Source: an uncultured Erysipelotrichaceae bacterium
GTDB taxonomy: Bacteria; Bacillota_I; Bacilli_A; RFN20; CAG-826
DNA: 64,000 nt
Assembly: GCA_902769185.1 (NCBI GenBank)
Contig: CACXNV010000004.1
Location: 34,499 to 98,498, forward strand
Reading direction: 5' to 3'
The notes under the pieces are model-generated. The model did no database searches and had not been told where the DNA came from. It was given only the letters and a program-made list of their open reading frames with translations. This document shows positions 38,963 through 49,175 of the stretch, piece by piece. Numbering within the stretch: the first letter of the stretch is position 1; every line of letters begins with the position of its first letter. Made by a program: the position numbers and the translations under genes.

Positions 38963-40777
38963 TTAATTTTCTTCTTCGTCAATCGATAAGATTGACATGA
39001 ATGCTTCTTGTGGAACTTCAACAGATCCGACTTTTTTCATACGTTTCTTGCCTTCTTTTTGCTTCTCTAAAAGCTTCTTTTTACGGGAGATATCTCCACC
39101 ATAGCACTTAGCAAGAACATCTTTACGTACAGCCTTTACGTCAACACGGGCAATAATCTTTCCGCCAATTGCGGCCTGAATAGGGATTTCAAATTGTTGA
39201 CGAGGAATAACTGTTTTAATTCTTCGAATTATTCCTAATCCTCTATTATAGGCTTGAGGTCTATAAACAATACTAGATAAAGCATCTACTACTTGTCCGT
39301 TTAATAAAACATCCATCTTAATTAAATCACTTGGTCGATAAATGGATGGCTCATAATCAAAAGAAGCATATCCTTTAGTGCAGCTTTTTAGTTTATCAAA
39401 GAAATTGTACACAATTTCAGATAAAGGTAGTTCATAAACCAATATCATTCTTGTGTCATCAAAATATTGTAAATCTAAATAAATGCCACGTTTCTCTTGG
39501 CAAAGTTCCATAATTGGACCAACATACTCCTTTGGAGTCATGATATTAGCCTTAACATATGGCTCTTCAATTCTATTGATTTTAGAAGAGTCTGGAAGTT
39601 TAGATGGGTTATCAATTGGCACCATTTCTCCATTAGTGAGATAAACATGATATATCACCGAAGGTGCAGTTAAAATTAGGTCAATATTATATTCTCTTTC
39701 AAGTCTTTCTTGGATGACGTCCATATGAAGGAGTCCTAAAAAACCACATCTAAAGCCAAAGCCTAAGGCTTGAGAGGTTTCAGGAACAAATTGTAGTGAA
39801 GCATCATTTAGAGATAATTTCTCTAAGGCATCTTTTAAATCTAGATAATCATCACTATCTACTGGATATAATCCACAGAACACCATCGGGTTGATATCTC
39901 GATATCCAGGTAGAGCTTTATTAGCAGGGTTATCAAAGGAAGTCACTGTATCACCAGGACGAACATCACGGATGTCTTTTATTTGCGCGCACAAATAACC
40001 AACTTGTCCGCACTTTAACTCTTTGAGTTTGATTTCATCAGGAGATCTAATTCCAAGTTCAGTGACAATGTAGTCTTTGTTAGACTGCATTAGTTTAATA
40101 TGATCTCCAACTTTAACAGAACCTTCTTTAATTCTAATAAGAATTACTACACCTCTATATGAGTCATAATAAGAATCAAAAATAAGCGCTTTAAGTGGAG
40201 CGGATTCATCCCCGTTAGGAGCAGGAATTTCTTTAACAATCGCTTCTAATAATTCATGAATATGAAAACCAGTTTTAGCGGATACTTCCACTGCTTCTTC
40301 ACTAGATATTCCAATGCGTTTTTCAATTTCTTCTTTCGCCCATTCTGGCATAGCGCTAGGTAAATCAATTTTATTGATTACAGGTAAGATGGCTAAGTCA
40401 TTATCAATTGCTAGATAGACATTTGCTAATGTTTGAGCTTCTACTCCTTGAGTAGCGTCCACCACTAAAACCGCACCTTCACAAGCCGCTAAAGAACGTG
40501 ACACTTCATAAGTAAAGTCAACATGCCCAGGAGTGTCTATTAAATTAAAAATATAGGTGTTTCCATCATCACTTGTGTAGGATAATGTCACCGCATTTAA
40601 TTTAATAGTGATTCCTCGCTCTCTTTCTAAGTCCATAGAGTCAAGGATTTGATCTTTCATTTCTCTAGAAGAGACCGCCCCAGTCGATTCTAAAATACGA
40701 TCAGCAAGTGTACTCTTGCCGTGATCGATATGAGCGATGATTGAGAAATTTCTTGTATATTTTTGATCAAAATTCAT
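38963..40777 (-). CDS. lepA: Elongation factor 4 (LepA)
   Basis: 604 aa translational GTPase: [26 protein letters not shown] and NKID. Confidence 0.95.
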   Translation of the reverse strand: MNFDQKYTRNFSIIAHIDHGKSTLADRILESTGAVSSREMKDQILDSMDLERERGITIKLNAVTLSYTSDDGNTYIFNLIDTPGHVDFTYEVSRSLAACEGAVLVVDATQGVEAQTLANVYLAIDNDLAILPVINKIDLPSAMPEWAKEEIEKRIGISSEEAVEVSAKTGFHIHELLEAIVKEIPAPNGDESAPLKALIFDSYYDSYRGVVILIRIKEGSVKVGDHIKLMQSNKDYIVTELGIRSPDEIKLKELKCGQVGYLCAQIKDIRDVRPGDTVTSFDNPANKALPGYRDINPMVFCGLYPVDSDDYLDLKDALEKLSLNDASLQFVPETSQALGFGFRCGFLGLLHMDVIQERLEREYNIDLILTAPSVIYHVYLTNGEMVPIDNPSKLPDSSKINRIEEPYVKANIMTPKEYVGPIMELCQEKRGIYLDLQYFDDTRMILVYELPLSEIVYNFFDKLKSCTKGYASFDYEPSIYRPSDLIKMDVLLNGQVVDALSSIVYRPQAYNRGLGIIRRIKTVIPRQQFEIPIQAAIGGKIIARVDVKAVRKDVLAKCYGGDISRKKKLLEKQKEGKKRMKKVGSVEVPQEAFMSILSIDEEEN

Positions 40778-40783
40778 ATTAGT

Positions 40784-40807
40784 TAAGCATTATAACATTT
40801 ATGTTAG
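40784..40807 (+). repeat. 24-bp perfect direct repeat, copy 1 (taagcattataacatttatgttag)
   Basis: Identical to 41967-41990. The two copies bracket the GT4 gene. Confidence 0.8.
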
Positions 40808-40833
40808 AGTTTTAAACAGAGGTTTATTTACAA

Positions 40834-41922
40834 TTAGTTTGATGACAGAAAAACGCTATCAATTATATGTTTTATACGTTTATCAAATTCTTCTGAAGTA
40901 TATACATAGTTCGGACGTCTAAGAACTTTGTAATCTGTGTTTTGTATTTCTTTTAACCATTCATCAGTGTTGAGTGGTAGCCTTTTTAATAAGCCAAAAT
41001 CAGCGTCGGCAGAAATAAATTCAGAAGCAATGCAAGGTGTATTTGAGAATTGTGCTTCCATTAATGAAATTGGAAGTCCTTCAAGAAAAGATGGAAGAAG
41101 TAATACATCAATTTGTTTAAAAAATGCTTCTTTTTCATAATTTGGAGGAAGAAAGCTGACACTATTAGAAAGGCCTAAATCAGCAACTCTCTTTTTAACT
41201 TCTTCAATATAATTTGGTTCATCAGATGATTGATATCCAACAAATAACAAAGTTGCATTTGGAAAATGTTGTTTAACTTTGTTAAAAAATTCAATTGTAA
41301 ATAATTGATTCTTGTTTTGAGAAAAATATCCAATTTGTCCAATGGCTAAATCTTGCTTATTGTCTTTAACAATGTTTGGATAACATTCGTTTGGATAATC
41401 CATTAAAACAAATTTTTTATTATTCGGAATTTCAATATCGTCAAAAAAAGCTAAATTTGATATTCCAATATAAGCATCAACTTTAGTGACTAGTTTTTTA
41501 ATATAAATATCTTTTTTTCTAAAAATCCAATATTTGCTCTTTTGATTTACGTTTCCAAGAGAATAATAGACATTTTTGATTTTCCCATATTCTTTTTTTA
41601 CAACATAAGCAGAGATATAAAAATTGTTTGTTAAAAACAAATCATATTTTCCTTTCTTAATCATTTTTTTAATGCTAGAAAGAAGCAAGAACGGGAAAAA
41701 TCTATATAAGATAGAGTTCCCGTTAATGTTATTAAAATAAATGTTTCTGCAAACATCTTGATATGCTTTTAGCATTGCTAAATCAGTTTTTTCATCAAAC
41801 ACCGAATAAGCATAAACATCGACTATAAATCCTTCTTTTTTTAGGGCTTCAATTACATGCAAAAACGTTTGTGGTGAGCCACTTTTAGTTAAATTTTGAA
41901 TAACAACTAAACAACTTTTCAT
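40834..41922 (-). CDS. Family 4 glycosyltransferase (GT-B fold)
   Basis: 362 aa. The C-terminal donor-binding motif reads LLLPSFLEGLPISLMEAQFSNTPCIASE (E-x7-E). Confidence 0.75.
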   Translation of the reverse strand: MKSCLVVIQNLTKSGSPQTFLHVIEALKKEGFIVDVYAYSVFDEKTDLAMLKAYQDVCRNIYFNNINGNSILYRFFPFLLLSSIKKMIKKGKYDLFLTNNFYISAYVVKKEYGKIKNVYYSLGNVNQKSKYWIFRKKDIYIKKLVTKVDAYIGISNLAFFDDIEIPNNKKFVLMDYPNECYPNIVKDNKQDLAIGQIGYFSQNKNQLFTIEFFNKVKQHFPNATLLFVGYQSSDEPNYIEEVKKRVADLGLSNSVSFLPPNYEKEAFFKQIDVLLLPSFLEGLPISLMEAQFSNTPCIASEFISADADFGLLKRLPLNTDEWLKEIQNTDYKVLRRPNYVYTSEEFDKRIKHIIDSVFLSSN

Positions 41923-41966
41923 CTAATTGGTCCTTGAATAATTATACGTATCATATGTAGATTTGC

Positions 41967-41990
41967 TAAGCATTATAACATTTATGTTAG
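41967..41990 (+). repeat. 24-bp perfect direct repeat, copy 2
   Basis: Identical to 40784-40807. It contains the stop codon of the upstream helicase gene. Confidence 0.8.
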
Positions 41991-44341
41991 GATTTGAAAA
42001 AGTTTTGTAGAGTCTTCTTTAATTCATCAACTGATAAGACTACTTCATAATCACTCCACTCTTTTTTAAAAAGAGATTTGTAATCATTCCACATATATCT
42101 TTCATCAATTAATAAAGCTGCGCCTCGATCAGACTCAGTTCTAATTAATCTGCCAACGGCCTGCATAACTTTATTCATACCTGGATATGTATAGGCGTAA
42201 TTAAAGCCGTCGATGTTATTGTTTTTGTAATAATCAGCAACGTGATTACTCTCAAAATTAATCTTTGGTAGACCAATTCCGACAATTGCCACTCCGATTA
42301 AAGCGTCACCCACAAGGTCAATCCCTTCGCCAAACGCTCCACCAATAATTGCAAGCCCTACTTTGCTTCTTTCATCAATTTGATGAAAATTAGAGATAAA
42401 CGCTTGTTTTTCTTGTTCACTCATATCTTTCTTTTGAATATAAACATCAACGTTTTCATCGAATTCAATTAGAGGAAGAATGTTATTTAAATACTCGTAA
42501 CTTGGTAAATAAATAAAATAGTTACCGACCTTGCTAGAAACAAAGGTCTTAATATAATTAGCGACATCTGCATAGCTTTTTTCTCTATTTTTATATCTCG
42601 TTGAAATTTTTGGAGCGATGATTAATTTTAAATTTTCTTTTGGAAATGGAGATTCTAAAATCATGCTTTGATTCTTGTTTATATCTCCGCCCAATACATT
42701 CACGTAGTAGTCAATTGGGGATAACGTCGCAGAGAATAAGGCAGTTGAATTAACTCTTGCGTAAGTTGAGGCTAAAAATCTTGAGGCGTCTAGGCAATAT
42801 ATTTTTAAAATCACGTTGTCAGTTTCTTTTTTGACATATGTTAAGAAATGATCAGAAATTAATTCTGATATTTTAATAAACTTGTTAACTTCAATATATA
42901 AATCAGTTAGTTCTTTGCTAATTGACTTATTTTCTTCTTTACTCACTTCCTGATAAGAGGTGATAAAGTGATTAAATTCTTTATAAGTCTCTAAAGAGAA
43001 ATCATCTAAACGTACAGTGCCAAGCTCAAAAGTGTCTTCATAATACGAGAACACTTTATTAATTCTTGCTAAAGCATTTTTGATTTTACGGTTAGAGACG
43101 CCCCTTAAACTATGTTTAGCTTTTAAAAACAAATTCTTATCTACAGAGGCCGAATACATGTCTTTACTACGGTCCACTAAGTTATGAGCCTCATCTACTA
43201 AAACTAAATAATGAGTTGCATCTTCATCAAAATAGCGTTTCATATATGAAATTGGATCAAAAACATAGTTATAATCGCAAATAATTACATCAGAAAATAA
43301 GGACAAATCTAATTCTAATTCAAAAGGACATACTTCATTTTTACGAGCAATATGGCAAATCGTATCATAATCAAAATCGTCATATCTTAAGATAGATTCC
43401 TTAATGATTGTTTTTATTTTATTGTAATAACCTTTTGTAAATGGACATTCATCAGGGTTACAGCTTTTACCTTTACAAAAACAAATCTTTTCTTTCGATG
43501 TGATGACTATATCGGTAATGCTGAGCCCATGATCTTTTAAAATAGTTAATGCCTTATGGGCGTTTTCTTTACCTGTTGTTTTCGCAGTAAGATAAAATAT
43601 CTTACTTTGTTCATCTTCTTTTAAATATTTTACATATGGATAAATCGCTGACATCGTTTTTCCAATGCCAGTTGGGGCCTCAATAAAGATTTTTCCTTTA
43701 TTTTGTGCAGCCTCATAAACCGCTTTAGAGAAGCTTTTTTGTCCTTTACGATAACTTTTAAATGGGAATTCTAATTGTTCAATAGAGGCGTTTCTTTGTT
43801 CATTTAAACGCATAATGACATGATAGAACTCTAAATAATTATCTAGATAGTTAAGAATATCTTTTTCTAATTCTGGAAATTGAAAATAATACTCATCAAT
43901 TAACTTTTTGCTATTTTTGCCTTGTTTAATATAAGTTAGTCTAACTCCGATAGAGTCTAATTTAAGGGCGTCCTCGAACATATAGGCATAGCATTTAGCC
44001 TGGCCTAGATGCCAATCAAGATTTTCTTCTCGAAATTCTTCAAGTTCAATCACTGTGGTTTTGATTTCATCAATAATATATTCTTTTTCGCTTTTCTTAA
44101 TGATGCCGTCCGCTCTACCTTGTAAAACAATTTCGATATTATCGATTAAAAATTGTTTTCTTAATGGATATTCGGAAATATAGTTCTTGCCTTGGCTAGA
44201 TTGATAAACAGAATGAAGTCTACTACCTTCGGTTTGACTAGAACGATTAAAAACGCGGTTATCAATATCGCCGCTTCTTAAAAGAAAATCCACCAATTGA
44301 TGGACCGATAGTTCAATATGAGCTTTCTTTTCTATTTTCAT
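41987..44341 (-). CDS. Fusion protein: N-terminal RecB/Cas4-like PD-(D/E)xK nuclease domain plus an XPD/DinG-like Fe-S SF2 helicase
   Basis: 784 aa. The N-terminus has QGRADGI...EYIIDEIKTT...GQAKCYAY, matching the GxhD, hhhDhK and QxxxY RecB-family motifs. The helicase part has Walker A (APTGIGKT), DEAH (VLVDEAHNL) and a Cys cluster (CFCKGKSCNPDECPF...CHIARKNEVCPFE). The 4-bp overlap with fmt suggests co-transcription. Confidence 0.7.
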   Translation of the reverse strand: MKIEKKAHIELSVHQLVDFLLRSGDIDNRVFNRSSQTEGSRLHSVYQSSQGKNYISEYPLRKQFLIDNIEIVLQGRADGIIKKSEKEYIIDEIKTTVIELEEFREENLDWHLGQAKCYAYMFEDALKLDSIGVRLTYIKQGKNSKKLIDEYYFQFPELEKDILNYLDNYLEFYHVIMRLNEQRNASIEQLEFPFKSYRKGQKSFSKAVYEAAQNKGKIFIEAPTGIGKTMSAIYPYVKYLKEDEQSKIFYLTAKTTGKENAHKALTILKDHGLSITDIVITSKEKICFCKGKSCNPDECPFTKGYYNKIKTIIKESILRYDDFDYDTICHIARKNEVCPFELELDLSLFSDVIICDYNYVFDPISYMKRYFDEDATHYLVLVDEAHNLVDRSKDMYSASVDKNLFLKAKHSLRGVSNRKIKNALARINKVFSYYEDTFELGTVRLDDFSLETYKEFNHFITSYQEVSKEENKSISKELTDLYIEVNKFIKISELISDHFLTYVKKETDNVILKIYCLDASRFLASTYARVNSTALFSATLSPIDYYVNVLGGDINKNQSMILESPFPKENLKLIIAPKISTRYKNREKSYADVANYIKTFVSSKVGNYFIYLPSYEYLNNILPLIEFDENVDVYIQKKDMSEQEKQAFISNFHQIDERSKVGLAIIGGAFGEGIDLVGDALIGVAIVGIGLPKINFESNHVADYYKNNNIDGFNYAYTYPGMNKVMQAVGRLIRTESDRGAALLIDERYMWNDYKSLFKKEWSDYEVVLSVDELKKTLQNFFKS

Positions 44342-45270
44342 TGTAATAATTCGTGTAATAAATTTGGATGTCCATTAATAAAGGACATGTAATCCATTCT
44401 TTTTTTGCCTTCAAGTTGAACATCTAATAAGGAAAGAACACCATTTTTAGTTTGTAGATGTAGTCCTTTTTTATCTGCTTTAACAATTTCTCCAACTTTT
44501 CCAAATAATTCGTCAGAAACAATTGAAGAACGATAAACTTTAAATTTAAGGCCTTCTAAATATAAATAGGCTCCAGGAACATCACTTAACGCTCTAATAT
44601 AGCCGTGTAACTCTTCTTTTGATTTGTTTAAATCAAGTTTTTCTTCTTCTGGTTTGATACTTGGTGAAAAGCTCACTAAAGATTCGTCTTGTGGGACGCC
44701 CACTAACTTACCTTCTAAAATAGTTGGTAATTCTTTAAGAATTAATCTAAGAGCAGCATCACCCATCTTTTTAAATAAAGAAGTTGAATTATCTTCTTCA
44801 GCGATTTCTACTTCTTCAGTCGCATACATCTCTCCAGCATCCATTTCCTTAACCATTTTCATTAAGGTCATGCCAGTCACTTTGTCGTTATTCATAAGTG
44901 CATATTGAATAGGAGCGGCACCTCGATATTTTGGAAGCAAACTTCCATGAAGGTTTAAGCATCCCAAAGGCGGAATATCTAATAAGCCTTGGGGAACAAT
45001 TTGTCCATATGCTAAAGTGATAATTACATCTGGGTTTAATTCTTTAACAAATTCATATTCTTTTCTGATTTTAATAGGTTGATATACTGGGATATTGTGT
45101 CTAATAGCCACTTCTTTAGTTGGAACAGGCATTAATATCTTTTTTCTTCCAACTGGTCGATCAGGTTGAGCAATAACAGCAACCACGTTATAGCCACTAG
45201 AAATAATACCCTCTAAAACAGTAGCGGAAATTTCTGGAGTTCCCATAAAAATGATGCGTTTGTTATTCAT
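44338..45270 (-). CDS. fmt: Methionyl-tRNA formyltransferase
   Basis: 310 aa with the IIFMGTPE N-terminus and the HGSLLPKYRGAAPI formyltransferase motif. Confidence 0.85.
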   Translation of the reverse strand: MNNKRIIFMGTPEISATVLEGIISSGYNVVAVIAQPDRPVGRKKILMPVPTKEVAIRHNIPVYQPIKIRKEYEFVKELNPDVIITLAYGQIVPQGLLDIPPLGCLNLHGSLLPKYRGAAPIQYALMNNDKVTGMTLMKMVKEMDAGEMYATEEVEIAEEDNSTSLFKKMGDAALRLILKELPTILEGKLVGVPQDESLVSFSPSIKPEEEKLDLNKSKEELHGYIRALSDVPGAYLYLEGLKFKVYRSSIVSDELFGKVGEIVKADKKGLHLQTKNGVLSLLDVQLEGKKRMDYMSFINGHPNLLHELLQ

Positions 45271-45329
45271 AAGAATAATTATATACTTAATGATACTAAC
45301 TATAAAGAGAAAAGAGTATAATATTTATC

Positions 45330-45791
45330 GTGAAAATTTTAGTGGTTAGTGACTCTCATGGAGACGAGAAGATCTTAAAAGAGCTTGTTAATACTTATCC
45401 AAACATGGATTATTATTTGCACGCTGGTGATAGCGGGCTAGATAGAGATTCTCTATACCCTTTTGAATCAGTTAAAGGGAATACCGATTATTATCCATTT
45501 GATGAATTGATAAGAATCTACACTCCTATTGGATATTTATTAATGAAACATAAGCCGTCTTTTACTAACGAACAAATTAAAGATAATAAATTTCTTGTTA
45601 ACGGACACACCCATCAATATAAATTTTATATAGAAGGAGACAAGGTTTTTTTAAATCCTGGCTCTACTACTCTTCCAAGAGACAACACTAACGGAACATT
45701 TATGATTATGGATATTAATGAAGGTTCTAGCTCTATCATAATTTATGATATAGAAACAAAAGATATTCTCATAAATGAACAAATGGTTTAA
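45330..45791 (+). CDS. YfcE-like metallophosphoesterase
   Basis: 153 aa with the calcineurin-like motifs VVSDSHGD, HAGD and GHTH. Confidence 0.7.
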   Translation: MKILVVSDSHGDEKILKELVNTYPNMDYYLHAGDSGLDRDSLYPFESVKGNTDYYPFDELIRIYTPIGYLLMKHKPSFTNEQIKDNKFLVNGHTHQYKFYIEGDKVFLNPGSTTLPRDNTNGTFMIMDINEGSSSIIIYDIETKDILINEQMV

Positions 45792-45819
45792 AATACACAA
45801 GGAAACAAAGGAGACTAAC

Positions 45820-47820
45820 ATGTACCCTGAATACAAAAAAGTTAAATCCTGTGCGGAAGAAGCAAACTTACTTCTTAACACATCAAGAACTATGGAAGAC
45901 ATATTTGTCTTATCCACAAAAAGAAATTTAAAAAGAATCGCCGTTGCCTACACTAATAACGAAGGTAAATTAAAGAAATACAAATATTCAAGATTTAGAA
46001 AGCACGCTTTTGAAATCGCGTCTATTTTATCTAATTTCATGATTCAACAACCTAAGAATGTTCCTATCGCTCTTAAAGCGAATAATGGACCACACTGGGG
46101 AGAGATTTTCTGGGCGATTTTAATGACTGGCTATAAGCCACTTCTAGTTGATGCAAAAACATCTAAAGAAGGAACCGAAAACTTAATTAAGCAAGGTAAG
46201 GCTATCGCTATTATTACAGATGATAATAATACATATGATGTTCCTAAGTTCTCTTTAAGAGACTTATTACAAGAAAAACATAGTTACGAATTCGCTCCTA
46301 ATTGGGAAAACGAAGTCATCTTCTGTTCTAGCGGCACTACTGGTGATGTGAAACTTATGGTCTTTAACGGCGAAAATTTATGTCACCAAATCTTAGCGGC
46401 CTTAGATTTTGCGGAAACTTCCAAAGATCTCTTATATCCAAAATCCATGGGACCATTAAGAGTTTTAGCAATGATTCCATTCCACCATATCTTTGGTTTC
46501 ATCGCTACTTTCTTATGGTACTTCTATTACGGAGCAAACTTTGTTTTCGTTCGTAATTTGGCACCTTCAGAAGTTCAAAGTGTCTGTCAAAAATGTAAAG
46601 TCACTCACGTCTTCTCTGTCCCACTATTCTGGGATTCTTTAGCCCAAGGTTTAGAAAGAAAGAAGGCCTTAGAGACTCCAACTAGACAACAATACATGGA
46701 CAAATTAATTGGCTATAACACTGGCAAAATCTTAAAAGAAGAAGCTGGCCCAGTGAAGATGGTCCAAAACACCATCCAAAAGAAATTATTAGGTAATAAA
46801 ATTCGCTTCTGTATTTCCGGTGGCGGATATCTTGATAGCAAGACCCAAACAGTGATAAACGGCGTTGGCTATCCATTATATAATGGATATGGTATGACCG
46901 AAATCGGTATTACCTCTGTTGAATTATCTCCAGTCGTAGAATTAAGACTTAAAGGTTCTATCGGTATCCCACTACACGGAGTTTCCTATAAGATTAAACC
47001 AACAAACGGCAAAGGCCGTACTGGCGAATTATTAGTTAAATCTGACATCACTCATATTAGAGAAATTATCGGTGGAGTAGAAAGAGAAACTCAACTTGAT
47101 AAAGATGGATATTTCTCTACTGGTGATATCGCTGAAGTTGACGCCACAAATAGATACTACTTAAAAGGCAGAATGAAAGATGTCATCATTAATGCGGATG
47201 GAGAAAACATCTTCCCTGATGAACTTGAAATCTTCTTTAAGAAAATTCCTCATGTCCAAGCTGTCTGTGTCTTAGGTGTTGACCAAAAAGGAACAAAGAA
47301 TCAAAGAATTGTTTGTGCAGTCGAAATTGATAACAGCATTTCTAGCGATGAAATCGATGTTTTAAAAGAAGAAGTTAAGAAAGCCGGACTCAATTTACCA
47401 AAAGGTACAAAGATTACTGAATTCTATTTCGCAAAAAATAAATTACCAATTGCTAACAACATGAAAGTTAAACGTTTCGTTGTTAAAAAGAGTATTGAAA
47501 CAATGAACGGCGACTATATCCCATTTGATTTCAAAAAAGAAGTTAAAGGCAATAAAAACTTCTCTAAAGAAACTATGGAAAAAGTTGTTGAACCATTAAG
47601 AAAAATATTCTCCAAAATCTTAATTCTTCCAGAATTTAAGATTGATGATGACGCACACTGGATTGATGCTTTAGGAGGAGATTCCATGAGTTATGTGGAA
47701 TTAATCACCACTGTTCAAGATCAATTCAAAGTCACCATTCCAGAAACATCTTATGGTAAATTAACTTGTATTAACGATTTCGCTGAAGAAATTGTTTCAT
47801 TACAAAAGAACAAGAAATAA
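45820..47820 (+). CDS. Stand-alone adenylation domain fused to a carrier protein (AMP-binding plus phosphopantetheine-binding domains)
   Basis: Adenylation motifs SSGTTGDVK, YNGYGMTE, STGD and GRMKD are present. The C-terminal about 80 aa has the carrier-protein serine motif LGGDSMSYVEL. The start was set at 45820, which has an AAAGGAG RBS; the track ORF starts 45 nt earlier. Confidence 0.7.
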   Translation: MYPEYKKVKSCAEEANLLLNTSRTMEDIFVLSTKRNLKRIAVAYTNNEGKLKKYKYSRFRKHAFEIASILSNFMIQQPKNVPIALKANNGPHWGEIFWAILMTGYKPLLVDAKTSKEGTENLIKQGKAIAIITDDNNTYDVPKFSLRDLLQEKHSYEFAPNWENEVIFCSSGTTGDVKLMVFNGENLCHQILAALDFAETSKDLLYPKSMGPLRVLAMIPFHHIFGFIATFLWYFYYGANFVFVRNLAPSEVQSVCQKCKVTHVFSVPLFWDSLAQGLERKKALETPTRQQYMDKLIGYNTGKILKEEAGPVKMVQNTIQKKLLGNKIRFCISGGGYLDSKTQTVINGVGYPLYNGYGMTEIGITSVELSPVVELRLKGSIGIPLHGVSYKIKPTNGKGRTGELLVKSDITHIREIIGGVERETQLDKDGYFSTGDIAEVDATNRYYLKGRMKDVIINADGENIFPDELEIFFKKIPHVQAVCVLGVDQKGTKNQRIVCAVEIDNSISSDEIDVLKEEVKKAGLNLPKGTKITEFYFAKNKLPIANNMKVKRFVVKKSIETMNGDYIPFDFKKEVKGNKNFSKETMEKVVEPLRKIFSKILILPEFKIDDDAHWIDALGGDSMSYVELITTVQDQFKVTIPETSYGKLTCINDFAEEIVSLQKNKK

Positions 47821-47892
47821 TTACAAATATTATTTGCATTATTTATAAGCATTTAGTATCATTATCGCTGACGCAAAAAAGAAGGTATACAC

Positions 47893-48156
47893 ATGGCAAA
47901 CATTAAATCTCAAATCAAACGTAATCGTACAAACGAAAAAGCACGCTTAAGAAACAAGGCTGCAAAAAGTGCAATTAGAACTTCCATTAAGAAAGTAAAA
48001 GTTGCAGTTGAAGCTGGCAAAAAAGAAGAAGCAGAAAAAGCTTTATTAGAAGCATATCGTTTAATCGATAAATCCGTCTCTGATGGTGTCCAACACAAAA
48101 ACACCGCTGCAAGACAAAAGAGCGAGATTCAAAGATTAGTTAACTCATTAAAATAA
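47893..48156 (+). CDS. rpsT: 30S ribosomal protein S20
   Basis: 87 aa: MANIKSQIKRNRTNEKARLRNKAAKSAIRT... Confidence 0.9.
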   Translation: MANIKSQIKRNRTNEKARLRNKAAKSAIRTSIKKVKVAVEAGKKEEAEKALLEAYRLIDKSVSDGVQHKNTAARQKSEIQRLVNSLK

Positions 48157-48163
48157 GTAAACC

Positions 48164-49144
48164 TTATTGCGTTTTAAACTTTATTAAAAATAATTCAAAA
48201 CCATAATTGCGGTCCACAAGACCGCTTTTTATGTCTAAATCTAATTGATATAAATCATCTAAAGTTCTTTTAATAGCCTTATCACTTATCATCGGTAAGA
48301 GTTTAGAAAGGACATAAACTCTACCTGGCTTAATTTTTAATTCATTAGCGATTTCTTCTTTAGGAATTCGCTTTTTACTTAAGTAACTAATTTGGGATAA
48401 GAGTCTAAATTGATTGCCAAGTTGGGCAATTAATGTTGGAGATTGAATGTTCTTAACTTGTAAATCACGGAATAGACTAATGGCTTCTGCGTTTTTATTA
48501 TCGACTAATAAATTAAAGATTAAGAAAGCGTTATCTTCTAATGGCTTATTAATCATTAGAATAACATCTTTATAGCGAATGTGGTCAGTATATAAAGTTA
48601 AGATTTGAACACTATTTTGAAATAAAGAAACATCTCCAGAGGTGCGTTCTGCTAGTTCCATAACTGCATCTCTATCGATCACGATTTCTTTTTTAGCTAA
48701 ATAAGCTCTTACATATTCGTTCCAGCCTTTTTCATCTGGATCCACTATTTGAATAACTTTTGCTTTTTCTTTTAACGATTTAAATAGAGTGCTTTTCTCA
48801 TCAACAGAAGAATTACATACTGAAAGTATCAAGCATGATTCTAAGTCCTGAGAACTGTTTTCAATATAATCTAATAATTCATCATAATTTTGATCAGATT
48901 CTATTTTGTTTTTAGGTTTTGGTTTTAAAAGAAAATAACAATTTTCTAGTGAAACAACTTTCTTTTCATAGCCTAAGGCGACATATTTACATTCATCAAC
49001 TGCATCTTGGACTAAGACATTATGGCCATCTAACTTAATAAAATTAAGTTCATCTGGTTTTTCTTGTCCTAAAAAAGCTTCGCCAATCTTTCGGATTTGC
49101 GACTTAATATTTGGTCCTTGATTACCGTAAACAAAATAAATCAT
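48164..49144 (-). CDS. holA: DNA polymerase III delta subunit (probable)
   Basis: 326 aa. Called mainly from its conserved position between comEC and rpsT, plus its size. Sequence similarity was not verifiable by eye. Confidence 0.55.
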   Translation of the reverse strand: MIYFVYGNQGPNIKSQIRKIGEAFLGQEKPDELNFIKLDGHNVLVQDAVDECKYVALGYEKKVVSLENCYFLLKPKPKNKIESDQNYDELLDYIENSSQDLESCLILSVCNSSVDEKSTLFKSLKEKAKVIQIVDPDEKGWNEYVRAYLAKKEIVIDRDAVMELAERTSGDVSLFQNSVQILTLYTDHIRYKDVILMINKPLEDNAFLIFNLLVDNKNAEAISLFRDLQVKNIQSPTLIAQLGNQFRLLSQISYLSKKRIPKEEIANELKIKPGRVYVLSKLLPMISDKAIKRTLDDLYQLDLDIKSGLVDRNYGFELFLIKFKTQ

Positions 49145-49175
49145 CGTTAACTATTATAACTTATTTTCAGTTTTA

